This document shows positions 33,622 to 44,281 of a DNA stretch of 64,000 bases, piece by piece. Every line of letters begins with the position of its first letter. Position 1 is the stretch's first letter. The notes below the pieces were generated by a model, which had not been told where the DNA came from, did no database searches, and saw nothing but the letters and a program-made list of their open reading frames with translations. A program made the translations under genes and the position numbers. The stretch comes from Blastocladiella emersonii ATCC 22665 (Eukaryota > Fungi > Blastocladiomycota): assembly GCA_025594325.1 (NCBI GenBank), contig JANHCV010000006.1, positions 1,178,001-1,242,000 on the forward strand. The letters are read 5' to 3'.

Positions 33622-34023
33622 GTGATGCACGACACAGCGCCAAGGCGCGTGCTCACGATGCAGACGCTCGGGTCCCTCGACCGGATCCACGGCGTGATCA
33701 TGCAGTGCGCCGCGGTGTGTCCCGTTGTCAACGGCTTCTCGCTCGTGGCGCTCGAGATCAAGATGGCCATCACGGGCGACGTGGCTGATATCGCCGTGCA
33801 CAAGGACGCACAGCACCAGTGGGGTGTTTTCGGTGCCATGACCACGACTGACGCCGCCCTGGGCCTCCTCAAATCGTCGCCCAACACGCAGCACGCCGTG
33901 GTTGCGCTGGCCGCTGAGCAGTACCAGCGGTTCTCGCCCCCGGGTGGCGGCGTGCTGGCGGGATGGATGTGTTTCTTGTTCACGATATACCCAACCACGC
34001 ACTCAACCCACGGGGAATCGTGA
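33622..34023 (+). CDS. Short ORF, possible GNAT-like fragment
   Basis: C/G-ending codon bias. VVNGFSLV...GDVADIAVHKDAQHQWG...EQYQRF loosely follows GNAT beta3, motif A and motif B; weak. Confidence 0.35.
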   Translation: MMHDTAPRRVLTMQTLGSLDRIHGVIMQCAAVCPVVNGFSLVALEIKMAITGDVADIAVHKDAQHQWGVFGAMTTTDAALGLLKSSPNTQHAVVALAAEQYQRFSPPGGGVLAGWMCFLFTIYPTTHSTHGES

Positions 34024-34208
34024 CTGTCTCCAGCTATGTGCGGAGATCGCGCCATGATGGCATGGCCTGGCTGCGGTGTGGCCCTCGTCGCGGCTGCTGA
34101 ATCGAGGGCGCGCCACCAGTCGCGACGCGTCGCACGCGTCGCGTTTCGTCTCCCCTACTCCCCTCGTTCCGGCCGCGCCTTCAACCTACATGTAAACACT
34201 ACCATACA

Positions 34209-34866
34209 ATGCAAACAGGCTATCCGGTCAAACACTCGGGCCTGGACCGTGCTGGCGACAGCGTGTCGCCGGACCCGGACCCGCGCCCACTCAAACGACA
34301 GCGCCGGCCACGCGTGTCGCACGCCTGCCAGTCGTGTCAGCGCCGCAAGACCAAGTGCGACGGCCAAACGCCGTGCCGTTGCTGCAGCGAGAGCCTCCTC
34401 GAATGCCAGTACAGCGGCGCGAAGCCGGGCCAGGCAAGCAGCTCCGCGACGTGTCCCTGACGACGTGGTTGTTCGCCCTGAGTTCATGGTCGGCAGCTGG
34501 CACCTCGGTGCGCGTCTTTCCGTACGCGCGCTGCAGCGCGAGGCCGCGCTCTTCCCGACCAGGTCGATCATGCGGCGGCTCGTCGGGACGTACTTTGCGA
34601 CCATCCACTGCGGCGGCCCGTTTGTCGACCGGCGCAGCGTGGAGCGCGATCTCGCGCTCGACATGCCCTACTTCACGACACGCACCTACGCGATGATGGC
34701 CTGCGGCGCGATGCAGATCGAGGTGGCGAATCGCATCGTGCCGTCAACCGGGGGCCTCGTCCTGTCGCGCATCTTTGCCGAGCGCGCCAAGGCGGGCCTT
34801 CTGCGCAGCGACACGGCGCGCACGCACTTGCTCGAAGGCGTCCAGGCCGGGATTTGGCGGGGCTAG
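34209..34866 (+). CDS. Zn(II)2Cys6 transcription factor with a truncated fungal middle-homology region
   Basis: ACQSCQRRKTKCDGQTPCRCCSESLLEC = CX2CX6CX5CX2CX6C. A putative intron 34409-34496 (GTACAG...CAG) joins it to FPTRSIMRRLVGTYFATIH...PFVDRRS, which resembles the start of the Fungal_trans domain; 189 aa in total. Confidence 0.7.
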
Positions 34867-35136
34867 TGGACTGGTCGGCCTTGGACCTGTTGGCGATGCC
34901 CGCGGGGATCAGCGCGCTCGCGCACGTCGTTGCGTGGGGCGGCCGCGGCGGGTTGGCAGGGTAACGGAAAGGGAGGTTCGGGTGAATCGTATACTTAGCC
35001 AATAAACACGCACTATTTTGCATTGCAAAACGAGGAGAAGGGGAGTTTTCCCGTCGTAGCAATTGTGACATCCACCGTCACCCAACGCGGCCATGGTCAC
35101 AGTATAAGGCTCATGTATTCGCAACGACGGCCAAGA

Positions 35137-37654
35137 TCACCGTTGCCGTTTCTCCCCGTCCTCGGGCCCAAACACGCGCAGGACCTTGATCCAGGACATC
35201 ATGGAGATGACGAGCGACTTGCGTCGCATGAACCGTTCCGTGAGCGACTCGAGCCCCTCGTTGCGGAAGACGTGGGCGACGTCGGGGATCGGCGGGGTGC
35301 ACTCGGGGCACACGACGCGGTCGTAGTTTTCGGCGCGGATCTGCGCGATGCACTCGCGGCAGAAGGTGTGGCCGCACGGCACGAGCGACTGCGGCTGGCG
35401 GAAGAACTGCAGGCACTTGGAGCAGATGAGCGCCGTCTCGAGCGACTCCTCGGCCAGCATGTACTCCTCCATGCGCGACTTGAGGTCCCGCTCGATGGCC
35501 CGCAGGCGTTCCATGCGCGGCTCGTACTGCCGCGACTGCAGGTCTGAGATGTTTCGGTTGATGGCTACACAGTGGATCGCGGTGGTAAGTTGATGGGTCG
35601 TGGTGGCGGGGGAGGGAGAACGTACACGCGAGCTTGCCCTCGGCGTTCTTGAGCGCGATCTGGAGCGACTCGGTCTCCTCGCTGAACGCACGTGCTTGGG
35701 CTACACGGCGGGCATGGTCAGCGATCGATGACCATGGCCACGGCCACGCGGACGAGCAGCGTACCCTCGAGCTTGCGCTCCATCTCGAGCATCTTCTCGC
35801 GCTCGATGTTGCTCATCTGCAGCTTGGTCTGCGATGCCTCTACACGGTGCGCACTCGGCGATCAGTCCCGCCTCGCGAGCCGCAACGTGAAGCGAAACGA
35901 CGTACCCTCGTTGAGCTTCTCGGTCATGGCCCACATCTGCTCCTCCTTTTTCTCGAGCTTGTTCTCGTAGTCCTTGACCGTCTCGTTGACCTTGTCGAGG
36001 AGCTCGTTGATCTCGCGCTCCTTTTTGAGCAGCGTGGACTCGAGGTTGCGGTTCTTCTCGATGGCCTCGTTGCGCTGGCGGACCATGACGCCGAGCTCGG
36101 ACTGCAGCTGTTTTTTTTGCGACTGTGGATCGACGTGCGCGATGGATCAGTGGCGGTGCAAGGTCGGTACGGGAAAAGCGTACCATGAGCACGGCGTACA
36201 GGTTGCGCGCTTCTTCAATCTCTTGCGAGAGCTGAGCGAACTGCTCCTTTTTCGAGTCCATGTTGCGCTTGAGCTCCTCGAAGTTGGCGTGGATCTCCTC
36301 GGTGACCTTGATCATCTCGCTACGGCAGGGCGAAGTGTGTGAGTAGCCATCGATACGGGGCGAGGTGCGGAGGGAACAGCGTACGCGAGCTTCTCTCGCA
36401 GCTGCGTGTTCTCGTTCTTGGCCTGGCCCTCGGAGCCCTGGAGGCGGGTGACTTCTTCCCTCCACTCTCTACGCGCGGTTGCCGGAGGTTAGTGAGCCAT
36501 CGCGTCGAGCGCAAAGTGAGCAAGCGTACTCTTCCTTGGCGAGGGCGACCTTGACCTGCTTCTCCATCTTGACGTTGTGGACGCGGACCTGGTCGAGCTG
36601 GAACTCGAGCGTGCTGTAAACGCATCGCGCACGTCAGCTCGGATCACTCTCGTTCGAACAACGAGCGAGGGGACACGCACCGGATCTGCTCCTTATGAGC
36701 GACAATCTCCTCCTTGGCCTGGTCGTAGAGGTACTGCTGGTGCTGGATGATGTTGTCGCGCTCCTTGAGCGAGCTAGATGTACGAGTGTGAGCCATGATC
36801 GAAGCGATGGTGAGAGTGACGCGTACATGGTCTGCTCCTTGGCGTATGTCTCGAGGATCTGGATGCGCTGCTGGCAGGCGGCGATCTGGTCCTTGAGGGC
36901 GAGGTTGCCGTTGATTTCGCGCTGCATCATGAAGAGCATCTCGGTTCTACACACGAAGCGAGTGAGACGTCGTCGAGGGAGATAGGGGGTCGCGTAACGT
37001 ACTGTCGCTCCTGGTCGATGGAGGGCAGCTTGTCGCGGTCGGGCGAGAGGATGTTGGCGACGTGGGTAGCCTGGCGCTGGACCTCCTCTGCAGTGTCGCG
37101 CACGGGTCAGTTGGGTGTGAAGTCGCGTCGAGAATGAAGCGTACTCTGGATCTCGGCTTTCTCCTCGCGCACGACGGTGAGCTGTAGCTTGAGGCTTTCG
37201 ATCTGGCGGGCGAGCTCTACGCGTAGTGGCGGTGGGTGGGTGGCGCAGCACCGCGAGGTGAGACACGGCGCGCATCGAGCGAGACACGCGCGAGCGTACC
37301 GGCTTTCTCGGCCGCAAGTCGCTCGTTCTGCCGCTTGAAGTCGTTGATGGCGTTGATGTATCCTATGAACCACCGATGTCAGTCCTCGCGTCCGCACACG
37401 GTAACGAGCGGTGGTCGAGTACCAAAGCTCCCCTCATCCTTACCCGCGCCCCCAACCGCCGCAGCATCGGGCGGCGAGCGCAGTGCCGACTTGAGCTTCC
37501 CGCGGGCATCGAGGTTGCGCTCGGGCTTCCACAGGAGCACCGTGGACCCGGTCGGGGTGTGGAAGGCGACGCGCGGGCCGGTGGCGGTCGGGGCGTGCGA
37601 GTAGAGGTGGTCGACGAGGGCCGACTCGGAGCGCGTGCGGCGGTGGCGGTGCAT
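35137..37654 (-). CDS. Coiled-coil protein with a C-terminal C3HC4 RING finger (putative E3 ligase), about 13 exons
   Basis: About 12 short introns, mostly with GTACG donors (first is 37363-37422), link heptad-rich exons. The last exon reads CSKC-x12-CGHTFCREC-x13-CPEC. Confidence 0.8.
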
Positions 37655-38367
37655 GGTGTGTTCATGGGGTTTGCATTGCATATAGAGAGAGGCGGAGGAG
37701 AAGCTGACGCGTGTCTCAGATCGGCACGGGATAACGTTGTCGCGACGCAGCGCAGCGACGTCGTCGTCGTCTCCCGCGACTCCGCGCGCCGACGCGTTCG
37801 CGCAGCGACACACGGCGATCGAATTCGCCCCGCGACCTGGTGCACCCGCTCGACTGAGGCAGCCCCGACCGGAGCGTGCCGCCGATCCCCCAGTATTTGC
37901 GCCGAGTTGTCTTTGGGTGGGTACGCTCCTCCAGCGCGCTGCTGGCTTGCGAGCTGTGAGCTGACACGCGCGTGTTGCAGCAGGACGCGTCGACCGACCG
38001 CGAAACGCGTGCTTTCCGCTGCCGCACCGCCTGCCGAGTTTCCTCGCAGGAGAGAAGAAGCGCCACGATTCCGCCCTCGCTGCTGCCGCCCATCGCGGTG
38101 CTGCCGGCCCTCGCTCCCGCGCGCCGCCGCCGGGGCTCGTGGCGCGACGTGGACCTCGCTGCCGCCGACTTCTCACCTACGCCGTGCCGCCAGCACGCTC
38201 CCGCCCCCGCGGATCGCCGCCGCGCTCCCGTGCCCGACCACGCGCAGTCCGACGGATCCCGCTCCGCCTCTCCCTCCCCCACCCACCATCACCGCGGGAA
38301 CCCTTCTCCCGGCGCCCGCCGCCCTCGATCCGCCAAGCACCCGCCCTCATCCGTCAGCACCAGCATC

Positions 38368-41300
38368 ATGGACGACCTGCTCCCGCCCTTCGTCCCGGCG
38401 GTCCCATCGCCGCGGCCCGCGAGCCCTCCTCCCGCGCCGCCGCCGCTCGCGCCCGTACCGCCCTCGTCGCTGTCCATCGCCACCACCACCACCACCTCGA
38501 GTGCGACGCTGCCGCCGACCACGATCCCGTCGCCCAGCATGCCGTCGTCGTTCGCGTCGGCCATTGCCGCGACCGCCATGTCGCCCGCCAACGCGCTGCT
38601 CGCGCTCTTCTCGTCATCCGCCACTACGCCGTCGAGCGCGGCCGACTCGAAGCACGCGTCGCCGCGCGCGTCCGCCGACTCGCTCGCCCACTCCGCCTCG
38701 GCCTCGTCGCGCGCGAGCCGCCCGCCGTCGGCCCCCGCGTCGGCCACGTCGTCGTCGCCCAACCTGCTGCTCGCGTCCACGTCATCGCTCCCGACCGCCG
38801 CGTCAGCGACTGGCGACGCTGCCGCGGGTCACGCGCCCGTGGCGGCCCCCGTGGCCAGCGGCGCCAGCGTGGCGGCGGCCGAGGCGGCCCCGAGTGGTCC
38901 CGCCGGTGCTGTGGCGCCTCCGCCGCCGCCCTCGCTGCATGTCGCGACTTCCGCCACGCTGCCAAGATCGCCGTCGCCAAGACCGGGACGCCCGCTCCCG
39001 CCCGTACCGAATGTATCTACCGCCGAGTCGAACGAGTCGACGCTCGCACTTCCCGCAACTGCTTCACCAACGGCGCCCGACACCGCTGCCTCGCCCGCGT
39101 CCATTGTCGTGACCCCGGCGACCCCGCTCGACGCTTCCGCCACTTCCACCACTGCCGCCTCGGGCCTCTCGCGCTGGGCCCGCGCCATGGTCCAGCCCAT
39201 CGGCGCCATGGTCGGTCTCGCCTCGCCGACATCCCCCGCGCTCGGCACCGTCCCGCCGTCGTCGTCGCCCGCCGAGGGCGGGGGTGGTGAGCCGCCCGTT
39301 GCCGAGTCGGCCGAACCACCACTACCTCCGCCACCGCCCGCCGCCGAACTGCCGATGCTGTCGCCGCCCGAGCCCACCGCCGCGCCCGAGCCCACCAGCG
39401 TGCGCGGCCGGTCGCGCAGCCTCAACGATACCGCGTCGGCCGCGTCGCTGTCGCCGACCGACGCCACCGCCGCCGTGCCCGAGGACGCAGCGGTGGCGGG
39501 GGCGAGCTCGCTGACGGTCCCGCGCGGTCGCGCGACCACGATCGCGGCGCCGGGCCGCGCTCCCACCACAACGACGAGCAGCACGACGCTGGTGCCGAGC
39601 GTCGACGCCGCGCCCACGCCACCCTCGACGCCCGCGACGGGTCCGCCGGACATCCCGCTCGTCGCGAAACACAGCAAGAACGCGGCGTTCCACGGCATCT
39701 TCAAGTCGCTGCCGCTCGACGAGTTTCTGATCGAGGACTTTTCGTGCGCGCTGCAGAAGGAGATTCTGGTGCAGGGCCGCCTGTACCTGACGGAGCGGCA
39801 CCTGGCGTTCCACGCCGTCATCTTCGGCTGGGTCACCAGCGTGCTGATCCCGCTGTCCGAGGTGACGCTGATTGAGAAGAAGGTGACGGCCCTCATCTTC
39901 CCGAACGCCATCGAGGTCCACACGCGCCACCAGCGCTACTTCTTCGCCTCGTTCATCTTCCGCGAGCTCGCGTTCAACCTCATGTGCAGCCTCTGGCGCA
40001 AGGCCAACCGGTCCGTCGCCGCGTCGCCGTACCACCCGGACCGGCCCAACGGTGCCGCCGACGCCGTCGATGCGCGGAACTCGGGGAACGCGTCGCCCGC
40101 CGCGTCCGGACGCAGTAACCGGTCCCGCTCGCGCCGGCGGCTGTTCGGGCTCGTCCCCGGTGGGAGCAAGAACAGCTCGACCGCGGCCTCGTCGTCGTCC
40201 TCGTACAGCAACCCCGGCATGCCGACCGGCAGCACCGAGTGCGCCGCCGCGACCACGCCGACCCCCGCCGACCCCGCCGGCCACCGCGCGCGGCACCCGT
40301 CGGGCCTCTCGCGCTGCGCTGACGACGAGGACCCGGAGCACTCGTGCGACGACGGGAGCGGCAGCGACGCCGACGCCGCGAGCGGATACTCGGGCAGCGC
40401 GCGCGGCCGGTCGCGCCGGTCCACGCACCACCACGACGACGACTCGGATAGCGCGTGGGACCTCGCCTCGTCATCGGACGACGACGACGACGAGCGCGAC
40501 CCGGCGTCCCCGTCGCGCGCGCGCCCGCGCGTCGTCACCGTGTCGGGCTCGGCGCTCGAGACCACCCCCGGCGGGTCGGGGTCGGGGTTGCGGCACCGCC
40601 ACCCGCGCCGCGCTGGTGGGCGGTCCGGGCTTGCGGCGGTGGGTAGCGGCGGGAGCGGGAGCGATATCGCCGCCGCCTCGCCCGCGACCGGCGCCGCGGC
40701 AGACGTCGAGGACCCGGGCGACCTGCGTCCCATGGACGGCGTGCACCCCCGCTCTCTGTCGGACTCGTCGCTGCACCCGGCGAGCGACGGCGTGGTCGCC
40801 GCACAGTCCCTGCGCAACGCTGCGTCGACGGACCTGTTCCCGTCGTCGTCGGCCGCGGTTTCCGAGGTCCGTGCCGCCGGGCGGTCCATGGGGATCATCG
40901 CTACGCCGTCACCGCAACCCCCCGCCGCGGCTTCGCCGAAACCCGACCACCTCCCCGGCGTCCCGTGCACGTGCGAGCACCACGCCGAGGTCGTCTTCGA
41001 CACGCCGGTGCCGCACGTCGACCCGGAGACGCTGTTCGCGTACCTGTACAGCGACGCGTCGGCGGCGCCGCTCGAGGATCCCGATGCCGCGGACCCGCTC
41101 GCCGTGCCCGGGTTCGGGTGGCGCATCCTCGCCGTCGCCATGAAGTGCACGGGGATCGACACCTCGCCGTGGTCCCCGCCCGGTACCCCGCCGCAACCGG
41201 GCGCGACCCGCGCCCTCAACTACGTGATGCCGCTCAATATCCCGATCCCAGGCGCCCCAAAGCAGACGGGCGTCAAGACGCGCGAGGAAGTCGTGGCCGC

Positions 41301-42045
41301 GGCCCCCGGCAAGCTCGCGGTCGCGGTGACGACCGAGACCCCGGACGTGATGAACGGCAACTGTTTCGCGGTCCACGCGCTCGTCTGCATGTCCCGCCTC
41401 CCCGGGGGCCAGGGTACGCAGCTCAAGGTCTCGGTCGCCGTCAAGTGGTCGAAATCCGTCTGGATGATGAAGGGCGCGATCGAGGGCGGCGCCGTCGATG
41501 GACAGCGCAAGTTCTGGGCGCTCGTCAACGACACGCTCGCGCCCGTGTGCGCTGCGCGCGCGCAGACCGCGTCGCCGGCGGCGGCCGTTGGGGAGCTGAC
41601 GGCGGCGCCGGATAGCAGAAAGGCCGCGGCCGTCCTCGGCGTCGCGCCCGCCGCCGCCGAACCCCGGCCCCGCCGCCCGCACAAGACGAAGCGCAAGGAC
41701 TCGGCTGCGTCGTCGCCCGCCACGCCCGCCGGCCGCGCGACCCCGCCCTCGTCGTCCTCGCGCCGCGCTGCGCGCCGCGCATCGGCCGCCAAGACCGCGC
41801 AACCCGCGGCGCCGCCGCGGTCCAAGCTCATCGACCGCGTGCACATCGGCCTGCTCGTCGCGCTCATCGTACTCAACCTCGTCCTGTTCTGGCAGCTGCG
41901 CCGGATCCATGTCGCCACATCTGGCGCGGTGTGGGATACGGTGGGAAGCGACGCGGTCGTGGTGCCGGCTGCCGAGTGGGCTGCGTTGACGGCGCGCGCG
42001 GCCGCGGCGGCTGGGATGGCGGGGATTGGTGAGAGCACTGTATAG
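38368..42045 (+). CDS. GRAM + VASt (StART-like) sterol-transfer protein with a C-terminal TM helix (LAM/Ltc/GRAMD1 family)
   Basis: GRAM domain FHGIFKSLPLDEFLIEDFSCALQKEILVQGRLY...FPNAIEV...FFASF; VASt segment TETPDVMNGNCF...VKWSKSVWMMKGAIE; TM helix IGLLVALIVLNLVLFW. Start ATG 38368 is inferred. Confidence 0.9.
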   Translation: MDDLLPPFVPAVPSPRPASPPPAPPPLAPVPPSSLSIATTTTTSSATLPPTTIPSPSMPSSFASAIAATAMSPANALLALFSSSATTPSSAADSKHASPRASADSLAHSASASSRASRPPSAPASATSSSPNLLLASTSSLPTAASATGDAAAGHAPVAAPVASGASVAAAEAAPSGPAGAVAPPPPPSLHVATSATLPRSPSPRPGRPLPPVPNVSTAESNESTLALPATASPTAPDTAASPASIVVTPATPLDASATSTTAASGLSRWARAMVQPIGAMVGLASPTSPALGTVPPSSSPAEGGGGEPPVAESAEPPLPPPPPAAELPMLSPPEPTAAPEPTSVRGRSRSLNDTASAASLSPTDATAAVPEDAAVAGASSLTVPRGRATTIAAPGRAPTTTTSSTTLVPSVDAAPTPPSTPATGPPDIPLVAKHSKNAAFHGIFKSLPLDEFLIEDFSCALQKEILVQGRLYLTERHLAFHAVIFGWVTSVLIPLSEVTLIEKKVTALIFPNAIEVHTRHQRYFFASFIFRELAFNLMCSLWRKANRSVAASPYHPDRPNGAADAVDARNSGNASPAASGRSNRSRSRRRLFGLVPGGSKNSSTAASSSSSYSNPGMPTGSTECAAATTPTPADPAGHRARHPSGLSRCADDEDPEHSCDDGSGSDADAASGYSGSARGRSRRSTHHHDDDSDSAWDLASSSDDDDDERDPASPSRARPRVVTVSGSALETTPGGSGSGLRHRHPRRAGGRSGLAAVGSGGSGSDIAAASPATGAAADVEDPGDLRPMDGVHPRSLSDSSLHPASDGVVAAQSLRNAASTDLFPSSSAAVSEVRAAGRSMGIIATPSPQPPAAASPKPDHLPGVPCTCEHHAEVVFDTPVPHVDPETLFAYLYSDASAAPLEDPDAADPLAVPGFGWRILAVAMKCTGIDTSPWSPPGTPPQPGATRALNYVMPLNIPIPGAPKQTGVKTREEVVAAAPGKLAVAVTTETPDVMNGNCFAVHALVCMSRLPGGQGTQLKVSVAVKWSKSVWMMKGAIEGGAVDGQRKFWALVNDTLAPVCAARAQTASPAAAVGELTAAPDSRKAAAVLGVAPAAAEPRPRRPHKTKRKDSAASSPATPAGRATPPSSSSRRAARRASAAKTAQPAAPPRSKLIDRVHIGLLVALIVLNLVLFWQLRRIHVATSGAVWDTVGSDAVVVPAAEWAALTARAAAAAGMAGIGESTV

Positions 42046-42122
42046 GAGGCGCTTTGTGTTCGTTGTTTGTTTGATACAGCTCTATTGCAATGCACACACA
42101 CGCACGATTCATGTCACATCCT

Positions 42123-44036
42123 CTACTCGCGGCGGCTCACCGACCCCGAACCCGTCTCCGCGCCGCGCTCGGCTGCGTACGCAAAGTGCTGGTCACGTCG
42201 ACTCGTCGCGCCCGCGCCCGCGGGCTGCTGCGGCGGGAGCAGGTCGCCCGGGAGGTACAGCGTCGTGTCGCGGTCGCCCGGCGTCCCGCCCGTCCCCGCC
42301 GCCGGCGGCAGGAACACCGGGTCCACGTCCTCCTCGGCCGCGGCCTGCGGGAGGTACATGAACGACTCGCGCGGCGCGGTGCCGGACTTGACGGCGGTGG
42401 GGTCGTTGGTCGCGTACCCTGGGAGCGACGTCGCGGTCGACTGCAGCGTGTCGGCGCCAGCGACGGGCTTGGTCAGCGCGATCGAGCTGCCGTTGCCGCC
42501 GGCGTGCATCGTCGACTCGAGGTCGACGGGCGCGGTCGCGGATGCAGCGGGGCTGTGGTTGCGGCGCACGACGAACACGGCCACGAGGCCGACCACGACC
42601 ACGCCGCCGCCGACCGCACCGAGGATCATGGGCATCGCTGACCCGCCGCTGCCGCTTGCGGGGACCTCGGTACCCAGCGCACCACCCGCGCCGCCGCCCG
42701 ACTCGCCCGACCGCGCAGCGCCTGCGAGCGACGCGGATGCGGCGGGGTCGAACTCCTTGATCCAGCGGAACTTGATCGCGTTGCCTCCGGCAACTGTATC
42801 CTTGGCGACCGCGAGGAGGCTGACGGGCGGCGGCGGTGTGCCCGCGATCCACCCCTTCCCGTCGGGCGCGACGTACGCGCCGCCGGCGAGGACGATCTGG
42901 TCGCCGACGCAGTGCGCGACGGCGGCCGTCAGGTTCGTCACGGGGCTCGCGGCCGGGTTCTCGATGGCGCCGCGGCTCCAGGTCCCCGTGGGCAGGTGCA
43001 GGTACTCGAGGAAGACATAGGAGGCGGTGTTGGGGGAGAGGCCGCCGATCACGATCAGGTAGTCGGACTTCCACACGACGGCCGCGTGGTTGTGCCGCGC
43101 CATGGCCATGGATTTCAGCGCGCGCCAGGTTTTTGCGCCGGAATTGTACTCCCACGCGTCCGACAGCGGGCCTTGCCCGTTGCCGCCGCCCGTCAGCAGC
43201 GTGATGGTGTCCGAGATGGTGGTGAGGGTCGCGATCTCGCGCCGCGACGGGCCGGTGCCCGAGGACGAGGTGTTGGTTGACTGGACGGTCTGCAATCACG
43301 AAGAGGTCAGTGACGGCCGTCACCCTCGACACAGCCCCTGCGAACGTACCCCGCCGTTAACGCTGAGCCGGACCCAATCCGTCTTATACCCGCGGTCAAA
43401 GTCGTGTCCGCCAAACACCCACCCTCCGCTACCCGCCGCGGTTGCCGGAACACTGACCGCGGCCGATGCGTACGAGTGCGAGCTGGAGATGGGGCTGCTG
43501 CCCGCGGCCATGGGCCGGCGCGCCCACTCGCGCTTCTCGGTGTTGAACACGAGCGTCGTGTTCGGGTTCACCTCGCTGGTCCCGAACGGCACGCCGGTGC
43601 CCGGGTACCCGCCGACGAGCACGAGTTCGTGCGCGGTAGAAGCGGCGACGGGGACCGCGAAGGCGATCTTGTCGCCCGGCAGGTCCGGCAGACCCACGAC
43701 CGCAGACACATCGTCGGTCGTCCACTTGCGCGTCAGGTCGAGCGCCGTGATGCCGCGCTCGTTGTACCGCACGCGCTTCGAGTCGACGTCTGGTTGGGGC
43801 GCGGGGTGAGTCCCTGGGCAGGTCGCTCATCGAGAGGACAGCGTACTCGAGTCGTAGCCGCCGACAATGTACAGCGTGCCCTTGTCGACGAACCCGGCGG
43901 CGCCGAACGGAATCATGTCAATGGCGCCGGCGACGCCGGGCGTCGTGGTGGCGAGGAGCAGCACGGTGACGGCCGCGACCGCGACGGCCAGCGCGGCGGC
44001 ACCGGGTTGGGTATGATGCATGTGGTAGTTCTTCAT
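42123..44036 (-). CDS. Kelch-repeat type-I membrane protein (signal peptide, beta-propeller, TM, cytoplasmic tail), 2 introns
   Basis: Hydrophobic leader; Kelch GG motifs LYIVGG, LVLVGG, WVFGG, LLTGG, LIVIGG, VLAGG; TM helix ILGAVGGGVVVVGLVAVFVV followed by RR. Introns 43790-43846 and 43290-43349. Confidence 0.8.
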
Positions 44037-44281
44037 TGCAGCGAGTCTAGGTTGGGCGCGGACTCTATCGTTACCGCTGCCCTTGCATTGCTGAAGAGAG
44101 AGGGGGGAGGGCGGGTTGGGGGAAGATGATTGCGTCGGTGGCTTCGAGTCCCTCGAGCTCCGACCTTTTTCCGCGACCACGTCGAATCGGCCACATGTTT
44201 GACGCTTGCCCTCGATCTGGAACACGAGAACTGTGGCACAGTCGTTTGACGAGCTAGGAAAACTGAGGTGCGCTATATCTA

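Noticed and set aside
30654-34100. WD40 gene nested in a giant intron of the P450
   Set aside because: No P450 N-terminal sequence (TM anchor, proline-rich hinge, WxxxR) was found on the minus strand beyond 33515.
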